Source: Candidatus Omnitrophota bacterium (GTDB taxonomy: Bacteria > Omnitrophota > Gorgyraeia > Gygaellales > Profunditerraquicolaceae). From it: 64,000 nt of DNA. The stretch spans positions 26,925 through 90,924 of the forward strand of contig JAKPTF010000009.1 of assembly GCA_029571225.1 (NCBI GenBank). The letters run 5' to 3'. The notes under the pieces were generated by a model. It saw nothing but the letters and a program-made list of their open reading frames with translations, did not search any database and was not told the DNA's origin. The translations under genes were made by a program, and so were the position numbers. This document shows positions 28,414 to 37,874 of the stretch, piece after piece (the stretch's first letter is position 1; every line of letters starts with the position of its first letter).

Positions 28414-29223
28414 TCAATCTACTATGGTAACCTCGACCCCCAGAGGGACGATACTGTACAGTTCCTCTACGTCCCTGTTGGCCATGCGGATACATCCCGC
28501 AGTGGCCTGGGTGCCGAGGCTCTTCGGGTCGGTCGTGCCGTGGATGCCGTATCCCTGCTTCGTCAGCCCGAGCCAGCGCGTGCCAAGGATATTTTCGGGG
28601 CTGCCGGCCGGAATAACCGCGCCCGGTTTATACCACGGCGGATCCGTAATCTTCTCTATGATCCTGAACGTGCCTACCGGGGTCGAATTGTTTGTTCCGG
28701 TAGCGACCGTATAACTTTTAAACACCGTGTCGTCCGTCTTGAGCAAAAGGGTGTTCTGCGATTTATCCACTACTATGTTGAACGGCACGGTCCAGACCTT
28801 CAGTTTTTTGCCAGGAAAGATGCTATCGCCTGTCAGGCCGTTGCTTTTCTTGATCAATTCAACCGTCGTTCTGTGGTCGCGGGCGATCTTCTCAAGGGAA
28901 TCGCCCGGTTTGATCTCATACTCGATGCTGCCGGGCGTCAATGTGGGAGAAAACAAAAGTGCGATGTTCAAGGCCTCGACTTTCTGCTGCCACAGCAGAA
29001 CCTCGCGGGAATTCGGCATTTCATTAATCAGGCGCTGGTATTCCCGGCGCGCAGCTATGAGATCCCCTCTGGCTTCAAGATCCCTGGCCTGGGCCGATTC
29101 CGCTGATACAATCGCCCTTGAACGTAATGCCAGCGGGCAGGACTGCTTGAGCGTCTTCAGCCCGGCCAGCAGCCCGACCGCAAATACCGCGATCCCTATA
29201 ATCAAAATCCGTTTCCTGTCCAC
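28414..29223 (-). CDS. L,D-transpeptidase (YkuD) with LysM domain
   Basis: N-terminal TM. LysM YEIKPGDSLEKIARDHRTTVELIKKSN. YkuD catalytic HG...C motif GIHGTTDPKSLGTQATAGCIRM. Confidence 0.85.
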   Translation of the reverse strand: MDRKRILIIGIAVFAVGLLAGLKTLKQSCPLALRSRAIVSAESAQARDLEARGDLIAARREYQRLINEMPNSREVLLWQQKVEALNIALLFSPTLTPGSIEYEIKPGDSLEKIARDHRTTVELIKKSNGLTGDSIFPGKKLKVWTVPFNIVVDKSQNTLLLKTDDTVFKSYTVATGTNNSTPVGTFRIIEKITDPPWYKPGAVIPAGSPENILGTRWLGLTKQGYGIHGTTDPKSLGTQATAGCIRMANRDVEELYSIVPLGVEVTIVD

Positions 29224-29247
29224 AAGACCCTCCTCGCACCCGCGGCG

Positions 29248-29694
29248 TCAATGGGCGACACACGCGATGATCACGCCCAGCATGAATCCCGCAATGACCT
29301 CTATCGGCGTGTGCCCAATGAGTTCCCTCAACCGGCCTTCCCTGATCTTCCCCTGCCAGTATATATCTTCCATGATTTTGTTCAGGATGCGCGCCTGGCT
29401 GCCTGTTGCGCGGCGCACCCCCTGGGCGTCGAACATGACTACGAGCGCGAACGACGCGGCAAGGGCGAAATGCACGCTGTCAAAGCCGTATGAAAGGCCG
29501 ATTGCCGTTGCCAGGCATGACGCGCCTGCGGTATGGCTCGACGGCATTCCTCCGGTGCCGACAAACCAGCGGAAATCTATCTTTTTCTGGATGAAATACC
29601 CGATGATGACCTTGAGCGATTGAGCGATCACCCAGCTGGAAAACACCGTCAGCAGGATTTTATTATGCACGAATTGAGATAGAAAATCCTTCAT
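29248..29694 (-). CDS. divergent PAP2 family membrane protein (DUF212)
   Basis: 148 aa. GGMPSSHTA, VVMFDAQGVRR and LIGHTPIEV motifs. Confidence 0.75.
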   Translation of the reverse strand: MKDFLSQFVHNKILLTVFSSWVIAQSLKVIIGYFIQKKIDFRWFVGTGGMPSSHTAGASCLATAIGLSYGFDSVHFALAASFALVVMFDAQGVRRATGSQARILNKIMEDIYWQGKIREGRLRELIGHTPIEVIAGFMLGVIIACVAH

Positions 29695-30344
29695 TGGCCT
29701 TCTCCAGCAGACGGCTGCACTTCGATCTTCACCCTTTCAGGCTTTACCATCTTCCCGTCCCTTATGATATATCCTTTATTCCCCAGGATGATCTGGCGGA
29801 CTTGTTTTTTCTCATCAACCACGACGGTTATCGACGACGCCTTGCGCGCAAGGCGTGTTTTGCGCCTCAAATCTTTGATCGCCCGCTTTAATGCGTCAAC
29901 GGAGCTCAGTGTCGCCTGCATGCTCTCCTTTTCCCGGGAGGCATTGAGCAGTTGGGCCTTCATGCCGTCGAGCTGGACGACAAGAGCCGCATTTTCCTGC
30001 CGCGCGACAGAGATCTGCTCTGCCAGGGCGTCAACCTGGCCCTGGGCTTCTGCGATGGCAGCCTCCAGCATCGAGAATTTTACCTGATCGTCCTTTATCT
30101 GGCTCTTTAACCCAGTATTTTCAAGAACCAGCCTCTGTTCATATTCGCGGGCAAGGACAAGATCATTTTTGAGATTATCGCGCACCTGTTCAATGCGGGA
30201 TATCTCCTGCCTGACCTGTTCAAGTTCCGTTTGCAAACCGGCCTTTTCCTGCATGGAAACGGCATATTTGTACACGCTGAATCCGGTTATGCCTGTCAGG
30301 ATCAGCAAAATAACCGTGACAGGCGGCATGATTTTTTTAATCAT
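29691..30344 (-). CDS. membrane-anchored coiled-coil protein, unknown function
   Basis: 217 aa. N-terminal TM VTVILLILTGITGFSV, then ~130 aa of heptad-rich Q/E/L sequence. GAGGTGG SD. Confidence 0.5.
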   Translation of the reverse strand: MIKKIMPPVTVILLILTGITGFSVYKYAVSMQEKAGLQTELEQVRQEISRIEQVRDNLKNDLVLAREYEQRLVLENTGLKSQIKDDQVKFSMLEAAIAEAQGQVDALAEQISVARQENAALVVQLDGMKAQLLNASREKESMQATLSSVDALKRAIKDLRRKTRLARKASSITVVVDEKKQVRQIILGNKGYIIRDGKMVKPERVKIEVQPSAGEGQ

Positions 30345-30367
30345 ATACCACCTCGTCTTAAAGTTTT

Positions 30368-30396
30368 ATTATATGATGCGTGCCTTTAAAATGCAA
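30368..30396 (-). promoter_or_regulatory. sigma70-like promoter for the coiled-coil/PAP2/ldt/accA gene string
   Basis: Minus strand reads TTGCAT, 17 nt, TATAAT. Confidence 0.5.
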
Positions 30397-30493
30397 GGTA
30401 TTTCCTGTTGCTGTTTCAGGGGAAAAAGTGAGATTTCCCGCAGTCACGCGTCTATTGTACTGACAGGCAACGGCCTTAAAAAGGAGGTATTCC

Positions 30494-32026
30494 GTGATCG
30501 TTAAGATATTGAGTTACGGCATTCTTGGAATAGACGCATATCCCATTGAAGTAGAAGTGGATGTATCAAGCGGAGGCTTGCCGGCTGTCAACCTTGTCGG
30601 ATCAGCCGATACAGCCATCAGGGAAAGCAAGGTCAGGGTAAAGACTGCCATAAAGAATTCGGGCTTTGAATGGCCCGGCTCGCGTATCACCGTCAGCCTG
30701 GCGCCTTCTCATATAAAGAAAGAAGGCTCAGGCTATGACCTGGCAATCGCTCTGGGCGTCCTTGCGGCAAGCGGCCAATGCAGCGCCGAGCTTCTGGGGG
30801 ACCATTATTTCCTTGGCGAGCTGTCGCTGGACGGCACCCTGCGCCCGACCCGGGGAATCCTGCCTGTCAGCATGGCAATAGCCAAAGCAGGGGGAGCCAA
30901 TATAGTACTGCCCAGTCATAATGCAAAAGAAGCCGCGCTCGTTTCCGAGATAAAGGCGTGGCCGGTTGAGACCCTACGCCAGGCAGTCGATTTACTGAAC
31001 GGCCTGGGCGAGAGATCGCCGTTTACGATTGACAGGTCCCATCTTTTTTCTGAGCACGCAAAATACACGGTTGACTTTTCAGACGTAACCGGCCAGTGCG
31101 CGGCAAAACGCAGCCTTGAGGTTGCCGTCGCCGGAGGCCACAACCTCCTGATGATCGGGCCCCCGGGAAGCGGAAAAACCATGCTGGCTCAGCGCATCCC
31201 CACGATCATGCCCGACGTGACGTTCGAGGAAGCCCTGGAGATCACCACAATCCATTCAGTGGCAGGGATATTGCCGGCCCGGGACGGGATAATGGCAATC
31301 CATCCTTTTCGCCTTCCCCATCACACGATATCGTACGCGGCGCTTGTCGGCGGAGGACCCGTGCCGGGTCCCGGGGAAATCAGCCTTGCCCATCAGGGAG
31401 TCCTTTTCCTTGACGAACTGCCCGAATTCAAGCGGGACTGCCTCGAGGTCCTGCGCCAGCCGCTTGAGGACGGGTTTATCCGCATAGCGCGTGCCGCGCG
31501 TTCATTCGTATTCCCGGCGCGTTTCATGCTAGTGTGCTCCTGTAATCCGTGCCCCTGCGGGTATTTTTCAGACCCCCGCGGGAAATGCACGTGCAACACC
31601 ACAAAGATCCAGTCGTATATCGGCAAAATATCTGGGCCGCTTCTCGACCGTATCGATATACATATCTCGGTTCCGGCGGTAAAATACAGGGATCTGAATG
31701 AGCCGGCTCCGGCAGAATCCTCCGTTGATATAAAGCGCCGGGTCGAGGCGGCGCGCGCCGTCCAGCGCGACCGGCTGCGGCCCGAGGGCATTTTCTATAA
31801 CGCCGCGATGAGCCCCAGGCAGGTGAAGCGGTTCTGCGTCCTCTCGGATGATGCCAGGAGCCTGTTGAAAATGGCAATGTCAGAATTAGGGCTGTCGGCG
31901 CGGGGATACACAAAAATCCTGAAGGTGTCGCGGACGATCGCCGATCTGGCGGGCGCAGAATTGATAGGCCCGGGGCATATCGCCGAGGCCATACAATACC
32001 GAAGCCTGAATGGTCCCGGGGAATAG
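30494..32026 (+). CDS. comM: YifB/ComM family Mg-chelatase-like AAA+ ATPase
   Basis: 510 aa. GTG start with AAGGAGGT SD. Lon-protease-like N-domain, Walker A GPPGSGKTM, Walker B VLFLDELPEF, and a Cys-rich insert CSCNPCPCG. Confidence 0.9.
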   Translation: MIVKILSYGILGIDAYPIEVEVDVSSGGLPAVNLVGSADTAIRESKVRVKTAIKNSGFEWPGSRITVSLAPSHIKKEGSGYDLAIALGVLAASGQCSAELLGDHYFLGELSLDGTLRPTRGILPVSMAIAKAGGANIVLPSHNAKEAALVSEIKAWPVETLRQAVDLLNGLGERSPFTIDRSHLFSEHAKYTVDFSDVTGQCAAKRSLEVAVAGGHNLLMIGPPGSGKTMLAQRIPTIMPDVTFEEALEITTIHSVAGILPARDGIMAIHPFRLPHHTISYAALVGGGPVPGPGEISLAHQGVLFLDELPEFKRDCLEVLRQPLEDGFIRIARAARSFVFPARFMLVCSCNPCPCGYFSDPRGKCTCNTTKIQSYIGKISGPLLDRIDIHISVPAVKYRDLNEPAPAESSVDIKRRVEAARAVQRDRLRPEGIFYNAAMSPRQVKRFCVLSDDARSLLKMAMSELGLSARGYTKILKVSRTIADLAGAELIGPGHIAEAIQYRSLNGPGE

Positions 32027-32067
32027 CGGCATCACCGGACATGCGCTGGCAGCCGAACATAAAATAC

Positions 32068-32110
32068 TTGAGCAAAGATTATCCGCGGGTTATAATGACT
32101 TTGTAACCCG
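32068..32110 (+). promoter_or_regulatory. sigma70-like promoter plus inverted-repeat operator candidate
   Basis: TTGAGC, 17 nt, TATAAT (32068..32096). Inverted repeat CGGGTTA-N11-TAACCCG (32086..32110) overlaps the -10. Confidence 0.55.
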
Positions 32111-32128
32111 TAACATAAGGAGACGAGC

Positions 32129-32683
32129 ATGTCAGAAAAGCTAAAAGCCATTGCGGAACGAATCAAGGAGTTGCGCCAGATATCCGGTATCCCGGTCGAA
32201 CAGCTTGCGGCGGAGTTCAGGATTGAGCCGGACCTGTATCAGAAGTATGAAGCGGGATCGGCCGATATCCCGGTCAGCCTGCTCTATGAACTGTCGCAGA
32301 AGTTCCATGTCGAGCTGACGACGCTCTTGACCGGAGGAGAGCCGCGCCTCCACGGTTATTGCCTGGTCAGGAACCAGACCGGGCCGTCGGCGGACAGGCG
32401 CAAAGATTACAAATACCAGGACCTGGCTTTCAACTTCGCAAATAAGAAAGCCGAAGTCTTTCTCGTCACGGTCGATCCTAAGCCGGCCGGGGCCGAGGTC
32501 CATTATAACGCCCACCCCGGGCAGGAATTCACGTATATGCTCGAGGGTGACATGAAGATCGTCCTTGACGGCCATGAGCTGGAGCTGCACCAGGGGGATT
32601 CCCTTTATTTCAATTCCGGCATGAAGCATGCCATGATCGCATTGCACGGAAAACCTGCGCGGTTTCTGGCATTCATACTATAA
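32129..32683 (+). CDS. XRE-family HTH plus cupin domain transcriptional regulator
   Basis: 184 aa. N-terminal HTH_3 ([19 protein letters not shown]...YQKYEAG). C-terminal cupin ([33 protein letters not shown]). Confidence 0.8.
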   Translation: MSEKLKAIAERIKELRQISGIPVEQLAAEFRIEPDLYQKYEAGSADIPVSLLYELSQKFHVELTTLLTGGEPRLHGYCLVRNQTGPSADRRKDYKYQDLAFNFANKKAEVFLVTVDPKPAGAEVHYNAHPGQEFTYMLEGDMKIVLDGHELELHQGDSLYFNSGMKHAMIALHGKPARFLAFIL

Positions 32684-32711
32684 ACAGGAGCCGCGCGACA
32701 AAGGATATCAT

Positions 32712-34373
32712 ATGCTAGAAAAATTCGCCAAAAGCAAGTTCGATTCATATGAGGAGTTCGTGAAGGGCTTCAAAATAAAGGTCCCTCATAATTTCAATTT
32801 TGCATACGACGTCGCAGCGGAGTTCGCCCGCACCGAACCGGGCAAGACCGCGCTGGTCTGGTGCAACGATAAAGGCAAAGAGGCGTCTTTCACTTTCGGC
32901 CAGCTCGAGGAACGCGTGAACCGGACGGCGAACCTACTGGCGGAGTTGGGCATTTCCAAAGGCGACCCGGTAATGCTCATGCTAAAACGCCGTTATGAAT
33001 ACTGGTTCTGCCTCCTGGCGCTTCATAAACTGGGAGCGATCGCCATCCCCGCGACGCACCTGCTCAAGACAAAGGACATCATATACCGCAATAATGCCGC
33101 CGATATCAAAATGATCATCTGCGTCAATGAGCCGGAAATCCTCGACCAGGTTGACCTTGCCCGCAAAGAATCCCGGACTCTGGCCCACCGTATGGTCGTC
33201 GGCGGCGCATACAGGGACTGGATCAACTATGATGAACGGGAGGCGCGGCAGCCCGCACGTTTCGATCGGCTGACCGGCGCAAAGGCGGCAAAGAATTCTG
33301 ACATCATGCTTCTGTATTTCACCTCCGGAACCACCGGCATGCCCAAGATGGTCCAGCACAACTTCACCTATCCGCTCGGCCACATCATCACCGCGAAATT
33401 CTGGCAGAACGTCAGGGACAACGGCCTGCATCTGACCGTTGCGGACACGGGCTGGGCAAAGGCCGCCTGGGGCAAGATCTACGGCCAGTGGCTTGCCGGC
33501 ACTGCGGTATTCGTGTACGACTACGATAAGTTCGTGCCCAGGAACCTGCTCGAGGTGATCTCGCGCCACGGCGTCACATCCTTCTGCGCGCCTCCGACCA
33601 TATTCAGATACCTCATCAAGGAGGATCTGACAAAATACGATTTCAGCAAGCTCGAGTATTGCGCCGTGGCCGGCGAGCCGTTGAACCCCGAAGTGTATAA
33701 TCAGTGGCTCAAGATGACCGGGCTGAGGCTCATGGAAGGATACGGCCAGACCGAAACGGTCGTCCAGATCGCCACGTATCCGTGGATCGAGCCGCGCCCG
33801 GGCTCTATGGGAAAACCATCCCCCACGTACGATATCGACCTCATCAACGACAAAGGCGATTCCTGCCAGGCCGGAGAAGAGGGACAGATTGTCATCAGGA
33901 CGGGAAAGAAAAAACCCGCCGGAATGTTCGACGGGTATTACCGCGACGCGGCGCTGACCAGAAGCGTCTGGCGCGACGGGCTTTACTATACCGGGGATAT
34001 GGCCTGGCGCGATGAAGACGGTTATTTCTGGTTCGTCGGCAGGGCTGACGACGTCATCAAGAGTTCCGGCTACCGTATCGGCCCGTTCGAGGTCGAATCG
34101 GCGCTCCTGGAACATCCGGCTGTGCTTGAATGCGCGATCACCGCAGTGCCGGACCCTGACCGGGGACAGATCGTGAAAGCGACGGTTGTCCTCACCAAAA
34201 ATTATTCCGCGTCTGACGCGCTCGTGACGGAGTTACAGGAACACGTCAAGAAGGTTACCGCGCCCTATAAATATCCCAGGATTATTGAGTTTGTAAAGGA
34301 ATTGCCCAAGACCATCAGCGGAAAGATCCGCCGGGTAGAGATCAGGGAAAGCGATAAAAACAGCCTGCAGTAA
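32712..34373 (+). CDS. AMP-forming acyl-CoA synthetase (medium-chain/ACSM-like)
   Basis: 553 aa. AMP-binding signature [22 protein letters not shown], and a C-terminal [10 protein letters not shown]. Confidence 0.85.
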   Translation: MLEKFAKSKFDSYEEFVKGFKIKVPHNFNFAYDVAAEFARTEPGKTALVWCNDKGKEASFTFGQLEERVNRTANLLAELGISKGDPVMLMLKRRYEYWFCLLALHKLGAIAIPATHLLKTKDIIYRNNAADIKMIICVNEPEILDQVDLARKESRTLAHRMVVGGAYRDWINYDEREARQPARFDRLTGAKAAKNSDIMLLYFTSGTTGMPKMVQHNFTYPLGHIITAKFWQNVRDNGLHLTVADTGWAKAAWGKIYGQWLAGTAVFVYDYDKFVPRNLLEVISRHGVTSFCAPPTIFRYLIKEDLTKYDFSKLEYCAVAGEPLNPEVYNQWLKMTGLRLMEGYGQTETVVQIATYPWIEPRPGSMGKPSPTYDIDLINDKGDSCQAGEEGQIVIRTGKKKPAGMFDGYYRDAALTRSVWRDGLYYTGDMAWRDEDGYFWFVGRADDVIKSSGYRIGPFEVESALLEHPAVLECAITAVPDPDRGQIVKATVVLTKNYSASDALVTELQEHVKKVTAPYKYPRIIEFVKELPKTISGKIRRVEIRESDKNSLQ

Positions 34374-34380
34374 ACCTTCC

Positions 34381-34677
34381 TCACCAAAGGTTTTCTTCGA
34401 GCCACGCGTCAACGGCTGCAGCCCGCGGAGCCGGTTTTGAAACCATACCCTCAGGCTCCTCATAAGCCGAAGACGGTTCATCCGGATTGATGCTGTCAAC
34501 ATTGACGGGCGCCGCCTTCCTGCCGAGCGTACCGGCGTGCGCGATGTATGCGACGTCGGAGCCGGTCATCCTGCCCGTGCCGAACGCCCCAGCGGTTTCG
34601 CATCCGCAAAGAAAAACCCCAGTTGCTATAATCATGTAGATTGCATCACGCACCCTCACGCGTCCTCCTTGCATCAA
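34381..34677 (-). CDS. small putative lipoprotein
   Basis: Lipobox VFLCGC. No recognisable domain. Start uncertain. Confidence 0.4.
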   Translation of the reverse strand: MMQGGRVRVRDAIYMIIATGVFLCGCETAGAFGTGRMTGSDVAYIAHAGTLGRKAAPVNVDSINPDEPSSAYEEPEGMVSKPAPRAAAVDAWLEENLW

Positions 34678-34683
34678 GATATA

Positions 34684-35004
34684 TCATGCGGCCGGAAAAA
34701 GCAGCATGTTGTCGAGGCCGAAATCCAGCCCCGTTTCCCACACGCCTTCCCGGACTTGAGCGCACCAGGCGACATGTGCCTGTTTGCGTATCCGCCGCTT
34801 CGGGGAAAAAGGCAGGTCAAAAAGGAGGGTCAGCGTGTCGTTGACGCCGAATGGCTCATACCCAATAATGGCGGCGCCCCGCGCGGAAAGATTCTCCATG
34901 AGGACCTCGACCGGCTGCTCCAGAACTCGCCGCACCCATGCGGTCGAATTTGTTTCATACCGGTTGTACATGCGTCTGCCTGCAGGTATGTTCGCCATAT
35001 GCAT
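34684..35004 (-). CDS. stand-alone PilZ domain protein
   Basis: 106 aa. RxxxR (GRRMYNRYE) and (D/N)xSxxG (ENLSARGAAI) c-di-GMP binding motifs. Confidence 0.7.
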   Translation of the reverse strand: MHMANIPAGRRMYNRYETNSTAWVRRVLEQPVEVLMENLSARGAAIIGYEPFGVNDTLTLLFDLPFSPKRRIRKQAHVAWCAQVREGVWETGLDFGLDNMLLFPAA

Positions 35005-35045
35005 GCCGCGGCCGCCTGGCTGTCAAAGGATCTCCAGCGCAAAGG

Positions 35046-35438
35046 CTATGCGGAGTTCCCGATAAAATTTGCGATCTCTCCCCGGTCCTGCGTATCGACT
35101 TTCTTGAACACGATCCCCAGGCGGTATTCGTTGTTGGACAGGGCGTGATGGTACTTGACCTCTCCGATGATATCCATCGGGCCGTAAAAACTCACGTCTT
35201 CGCTGTCAACCTTAAACAGCGTGAACTTCATGGTCAAAAGCGAGCCTTCTGGGATGTCGTGGTTGGTGAGAATCGAAAGCCCCCCTTCGCTCAGGTCAAT
35301 CATGGTAGCCCTAATCTCCTGGTTTTCAATCTGCATGCGCGTCTTCGAGGTTTTATCGACGCGGAACACGATTGCAAGATTCACCCGGAGTCGCTTGAAC
35401 GCGCGCCGCTCCTGGCCAGGCCCCGCATTCATTGACAT
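35046..35438 (-). CDS. stand-alone PilZ domain protein
   Basis: 130 aa. RRAFKRLRV (RxxxR) and DLSEGGLSI (DxSxxG). Confidence 0.75.
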   Translation of the reverse strand: MSMNAGPGQERRAFKRLRVNLAIVFRVDKTSKTRMQIENQEIRATMIDLSEGGLSILTNHDIPEGSLLTMKFTLFKVDSEDVSFYGPMDIIGEVKYHHALSNNEYRLGIVFKKVDTQDRGEIANFIGNSA

Positions 35439-35453
35439 GTTCCCCTCCCTGCC

Positions 35454-35843
35454 TTAATCTTTAAGAAGCTTCTCCAATAATTTTTTCGACGTGGTTGAAA
35501 CGTTCTTTTCAAGCTGGATGACTGCCGCTTCCCGCTGCTCCAGATCCCGGCGCGCCTGCTGCAGCTGGCGTTCAGCCGCTTCGAGCTTATGTGACAGGTT
35601 CTGCACCTGCGTTTCTAGTATTTCTATATCGTTCCTGCTTCCAGCCATCCTGCGGGCATAATCCAGATATCCTACCGAAGCCGCGACGCCCAGAAGAAAC
35701 ACGATAAGCCCTAGCCAGATGACGCAGGTCTTCCAGAACGTGACCTGGCGGACCATCTGCGCGTATTTGCTCTTATACGCCACGACGAGCTGCTTGTAAT
35801 CAGCCAGGGCGTAGATGATATCCGACTTGTCTTTCTGCCTCAT
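35454..35843 (-). CDS. TM plus coiled-coil protein, unknown function
   Basis: 129 aa. Central TM CVIWLGLIVFLLGVAASVG followed by a heptad-rich tail. Confidence 0.45.
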   Translation of the reverse strand: MRQKDKSDIIYALADYKQLVVAYKSKYAQMVRQVTFWKTCVIWLGLIVFLLGVAASVGYLDYARRMAGSRNDIEILETQVQNLSHKLEAAERQLQQARRDLEQREAAVIQLEKNVSTTSKKLLEKLLKD

Positions 35844-35897
35844 AGGTCAATTATACTATAATTTGGCGGTTTTGAGCGCTTTTTTTGTCGGCTACGC

Positions 35898-36452
35898 CTA
35901 TTTCATGAGAGCCAGCGTTTCGGCCCTCGTCTTCTCGTTCTTCTGGAACACCCCGCGCACCGCCGAGGTAACGGTCATGGTCCCTGGTTTTTTCACGCCC
36001 CGCATTGACATGCATAAATGCTCGGCCTCAATGACGACCATGCATCCCCGAGGGGCAAGCTTTGACATGATGATATCCGCGATCTGGGTAGTCAGCCGTT
36101 CCTGGACCTGCGGGCGGCGGGAGAGTATGTCAACGACGCGCGCCAGCTTGCTCAATCCCGTGACCCTGCCGTTCCTGGGGATATAGGCAATGTTCGCCTT
36201 GCCGATGAACGGCAGTAGATGGTGCTCGCAAACGCTGTACAAAGGGATGCCCTTCAACAGGACGATCTCCTCGTGTTTCTGGTCCAGGACCACCTCGAGC
36301 TCCCGCGCCGGGTCCCTGCCGATCCCCTCGAATATCTCCTCGTACATCTCCGCCACCCGGCGCGGGGTAGCGCGCAGGTCCTTCTGGTCAGGGTCGGCAC
36401 CGATCGCCTTTAGGATATCCCTGACGGCCTTTTCGATCTTTCTGGTGTCCAT
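35898..36452 (-). CDS. folE: GTP cyclohydrolase I (FolE type 1)
   Basis: 184 aa. VCEHHLLPF, and HLCMSMRGV with the zinc-ligand Cys/His pattern. Confidence 0.92.
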   Translation of the reverse strand: MDTRKIEKAVRDILKAIGADPDQKDLRATPRRVAEMYEEIFEGIGRDPARELEVVLDQKHEEIVLLKGIPLYSVCEHHLLPFIGKANIAYIPRNGRVTGLSKLARVVDILSRRPQVQERLTTQIADIIMSKLAPRGCMVVIEAEHLCMSMRGVKKPGTMTVTSAVRGVFQKNEKTRAETLALMK

Positions 36453-36461
36453 GATATGCTC

Positions 36462-37874
36462 CTATTTTCCGATACAGAAACGGCTGAATATAGAATCAAG
36501 CAGGTCTTCGGAGAACCTCCTGCCTAATAGCCCGTCGAACGAGCCCAGAGCTTCCTTGATATGCTGGGCAGTCAATTCTGCCGACACGCCATTATCCAGC
36601 GAAATCCGCAACCGGGCAATACTTTTCTGCGCATCCCTGAGCGCCCTTATATGGCGCATATTGCTGACCAGAAGCGGTTCCCTGAAATCCGCGTTTCCTC
36701 CGAGAACGAATGAAGCGATCTCGTCTTCGAGCTTATCGATGTTCTTCATCCTGCGGGCGCTTACCTCGACCACGGAAGAAAACAGGGCGGCTATGTCATC
36801 GCACCGGAGGCGCCGCGCAAGGTCAATCTTGTTGATCACAGCGATCGTCTTTGCCTTGCCGGCAAGACGGAACAGGCCCCGCGTACCGCTGTCCAGGGGC
36901 CTGGTTCCGTCGAGCACGAGCAGGATAAGGTCCGCCTGGCGCATGCATTCCCTGGCCCTGGCAACGGCCTTGCGCTCGACGAGGTCCCTGGGTTCAAGCA
37001 GCCCGGCGGTATCCATAATGCGGATCGGGATACCCTTGATATCTATAAAATCCTCGATCACGTCGCGGGTCGTCCCGGCCACAGGGGTGACAATGGAACG
37101 CTCCTTTTGGAGCAGGGCGTTCAAAAGCGAGGATTTGCCTACGTTCGGCCTGCCACAGATAACCGTCCGGACGCCTTCGCGCATGATACTGCCGTGCCTG
37201 GCCCGCGCCAGTATACTGCCCAGCTCGGCATCCAGGGAATCCGCCTCTTTTTTCAGACGGGCCGTGTCAGCCGGTTCGAGATCCTCATCCGGGAAATCAA
37301 TGTTCGCTTCTAACACCGCAAGCATTTCTAACAAACGCTTCCGCATAACGGATATGCGGCGGGATAGCATGCCCCGCAGCTGCCCGACCCCGGCGGCCAG
37401 GGCAGCATCGGTCTTGGCGCTGATGACATCAAGAACCGCTTCTGCCTGAGCAAGGTCTATCCGCCCGTTCAAAAAAGCCCTGCGGGTGAATTCGCCCGGT
37501 TCGGCGATGCGGCAACCCGCCTCAAGCAGCAGTTCAAGCACCCTGCGCATGGCCACGATGCCTCCGTGGCAATTTATCTCGACAACGTCTTCGCGCGTGA
37601 ACGTGCGTGGAGCGCGCATCACAGTCACGAGGACTTCGTCGACGATTCTCCCTTGCGGACCCGGATCAGCCTGTGACGCCGGCTTCGGCTGGACGATCCA
37701 GCCGTACCGGATCGTATGAGTTGGTTGGTTCTCAAGCCTTGTTTTGTCCGCGGCACGGAATACCGACTCCGCGATCTCGATCGCCCGATTGCCGCTCATG
37801 CGCACGATGCCGATCCCGGCTTCTCCGGGAGCAGTGGCAATAGCCGCTATAGTTTCTTCGTCATGATGTTTCAT
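36462..37874 (-). CDS. mnmE: tRNA modification GTPase MnmE
   Basis: 470 aa. DTIAAIATAPGEAGIGIVR, G-domain GRPNVGKSS / DTAG / NKID, and the C-terminal CIGK. Confidence 0.92.
   Translation of the reverse strand: MKHHDEETIAAIATAPGEAGIGIVRMSGNRAIEIAESVFRAADKTRLENQPTHTIRYGWIVQPKPASQADPGPQGRIVDEVLVTVMRAPRTFTREDVVEINCHGGIVAMRRVLELLLEAGCRIAEPGEFTRRAFLNGRIDLAQAEAVLDVISAKTDAALAAGVGQLRGMLSRRISVMRKRLLEMLAVLEANIDFPDEDLEPADTARLKKEADSLDAELGSILARARHGSIMREGVRTVICGRPNVGKSSLLNALLQKERSIVTPVAGTTRDVIEDFIDIKGIPIRIMDTAGLLEPRDLVERKAVARARECMRQADLILLVLDGTRPLDSGTRGLFRLAGKAKTIAVINKIDLARRLRCDDIAALFSSVVEVSARRMKNIDKLEDEIASFVLGGNADFREPLLVSNMRHIRALRDAQKSIARLRISLDNGVSAELTAQHIKEALGSFDGLLGRRFSEDLLDSIFSRFCIGK

Noticed and set aside
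27452-28714. 420-aa ORF on the + strand
   Set aside because: It is antisense to accA and the LysM-YkuD gene, both of which carry unmistakable family motifs. Its translation is Arg/Pro/Leu-rich with no recognisable domain. Long antisense ORFs are expected at this GC content.
32982-34115. 377-aa ORF on the - strand
   Set aside because: It is antisense to the AMP-binding acyl-CoA synthetase, whose signature motifs are intact. It has no motifs of its own.
36190-37449. 419-aa ORF on the + strand
   Set aside because: It is antisense to folE and mnmE. The translation is extremely Ser/Arg-rich low complexity. The opposite strand encodes well-conserved proteins.
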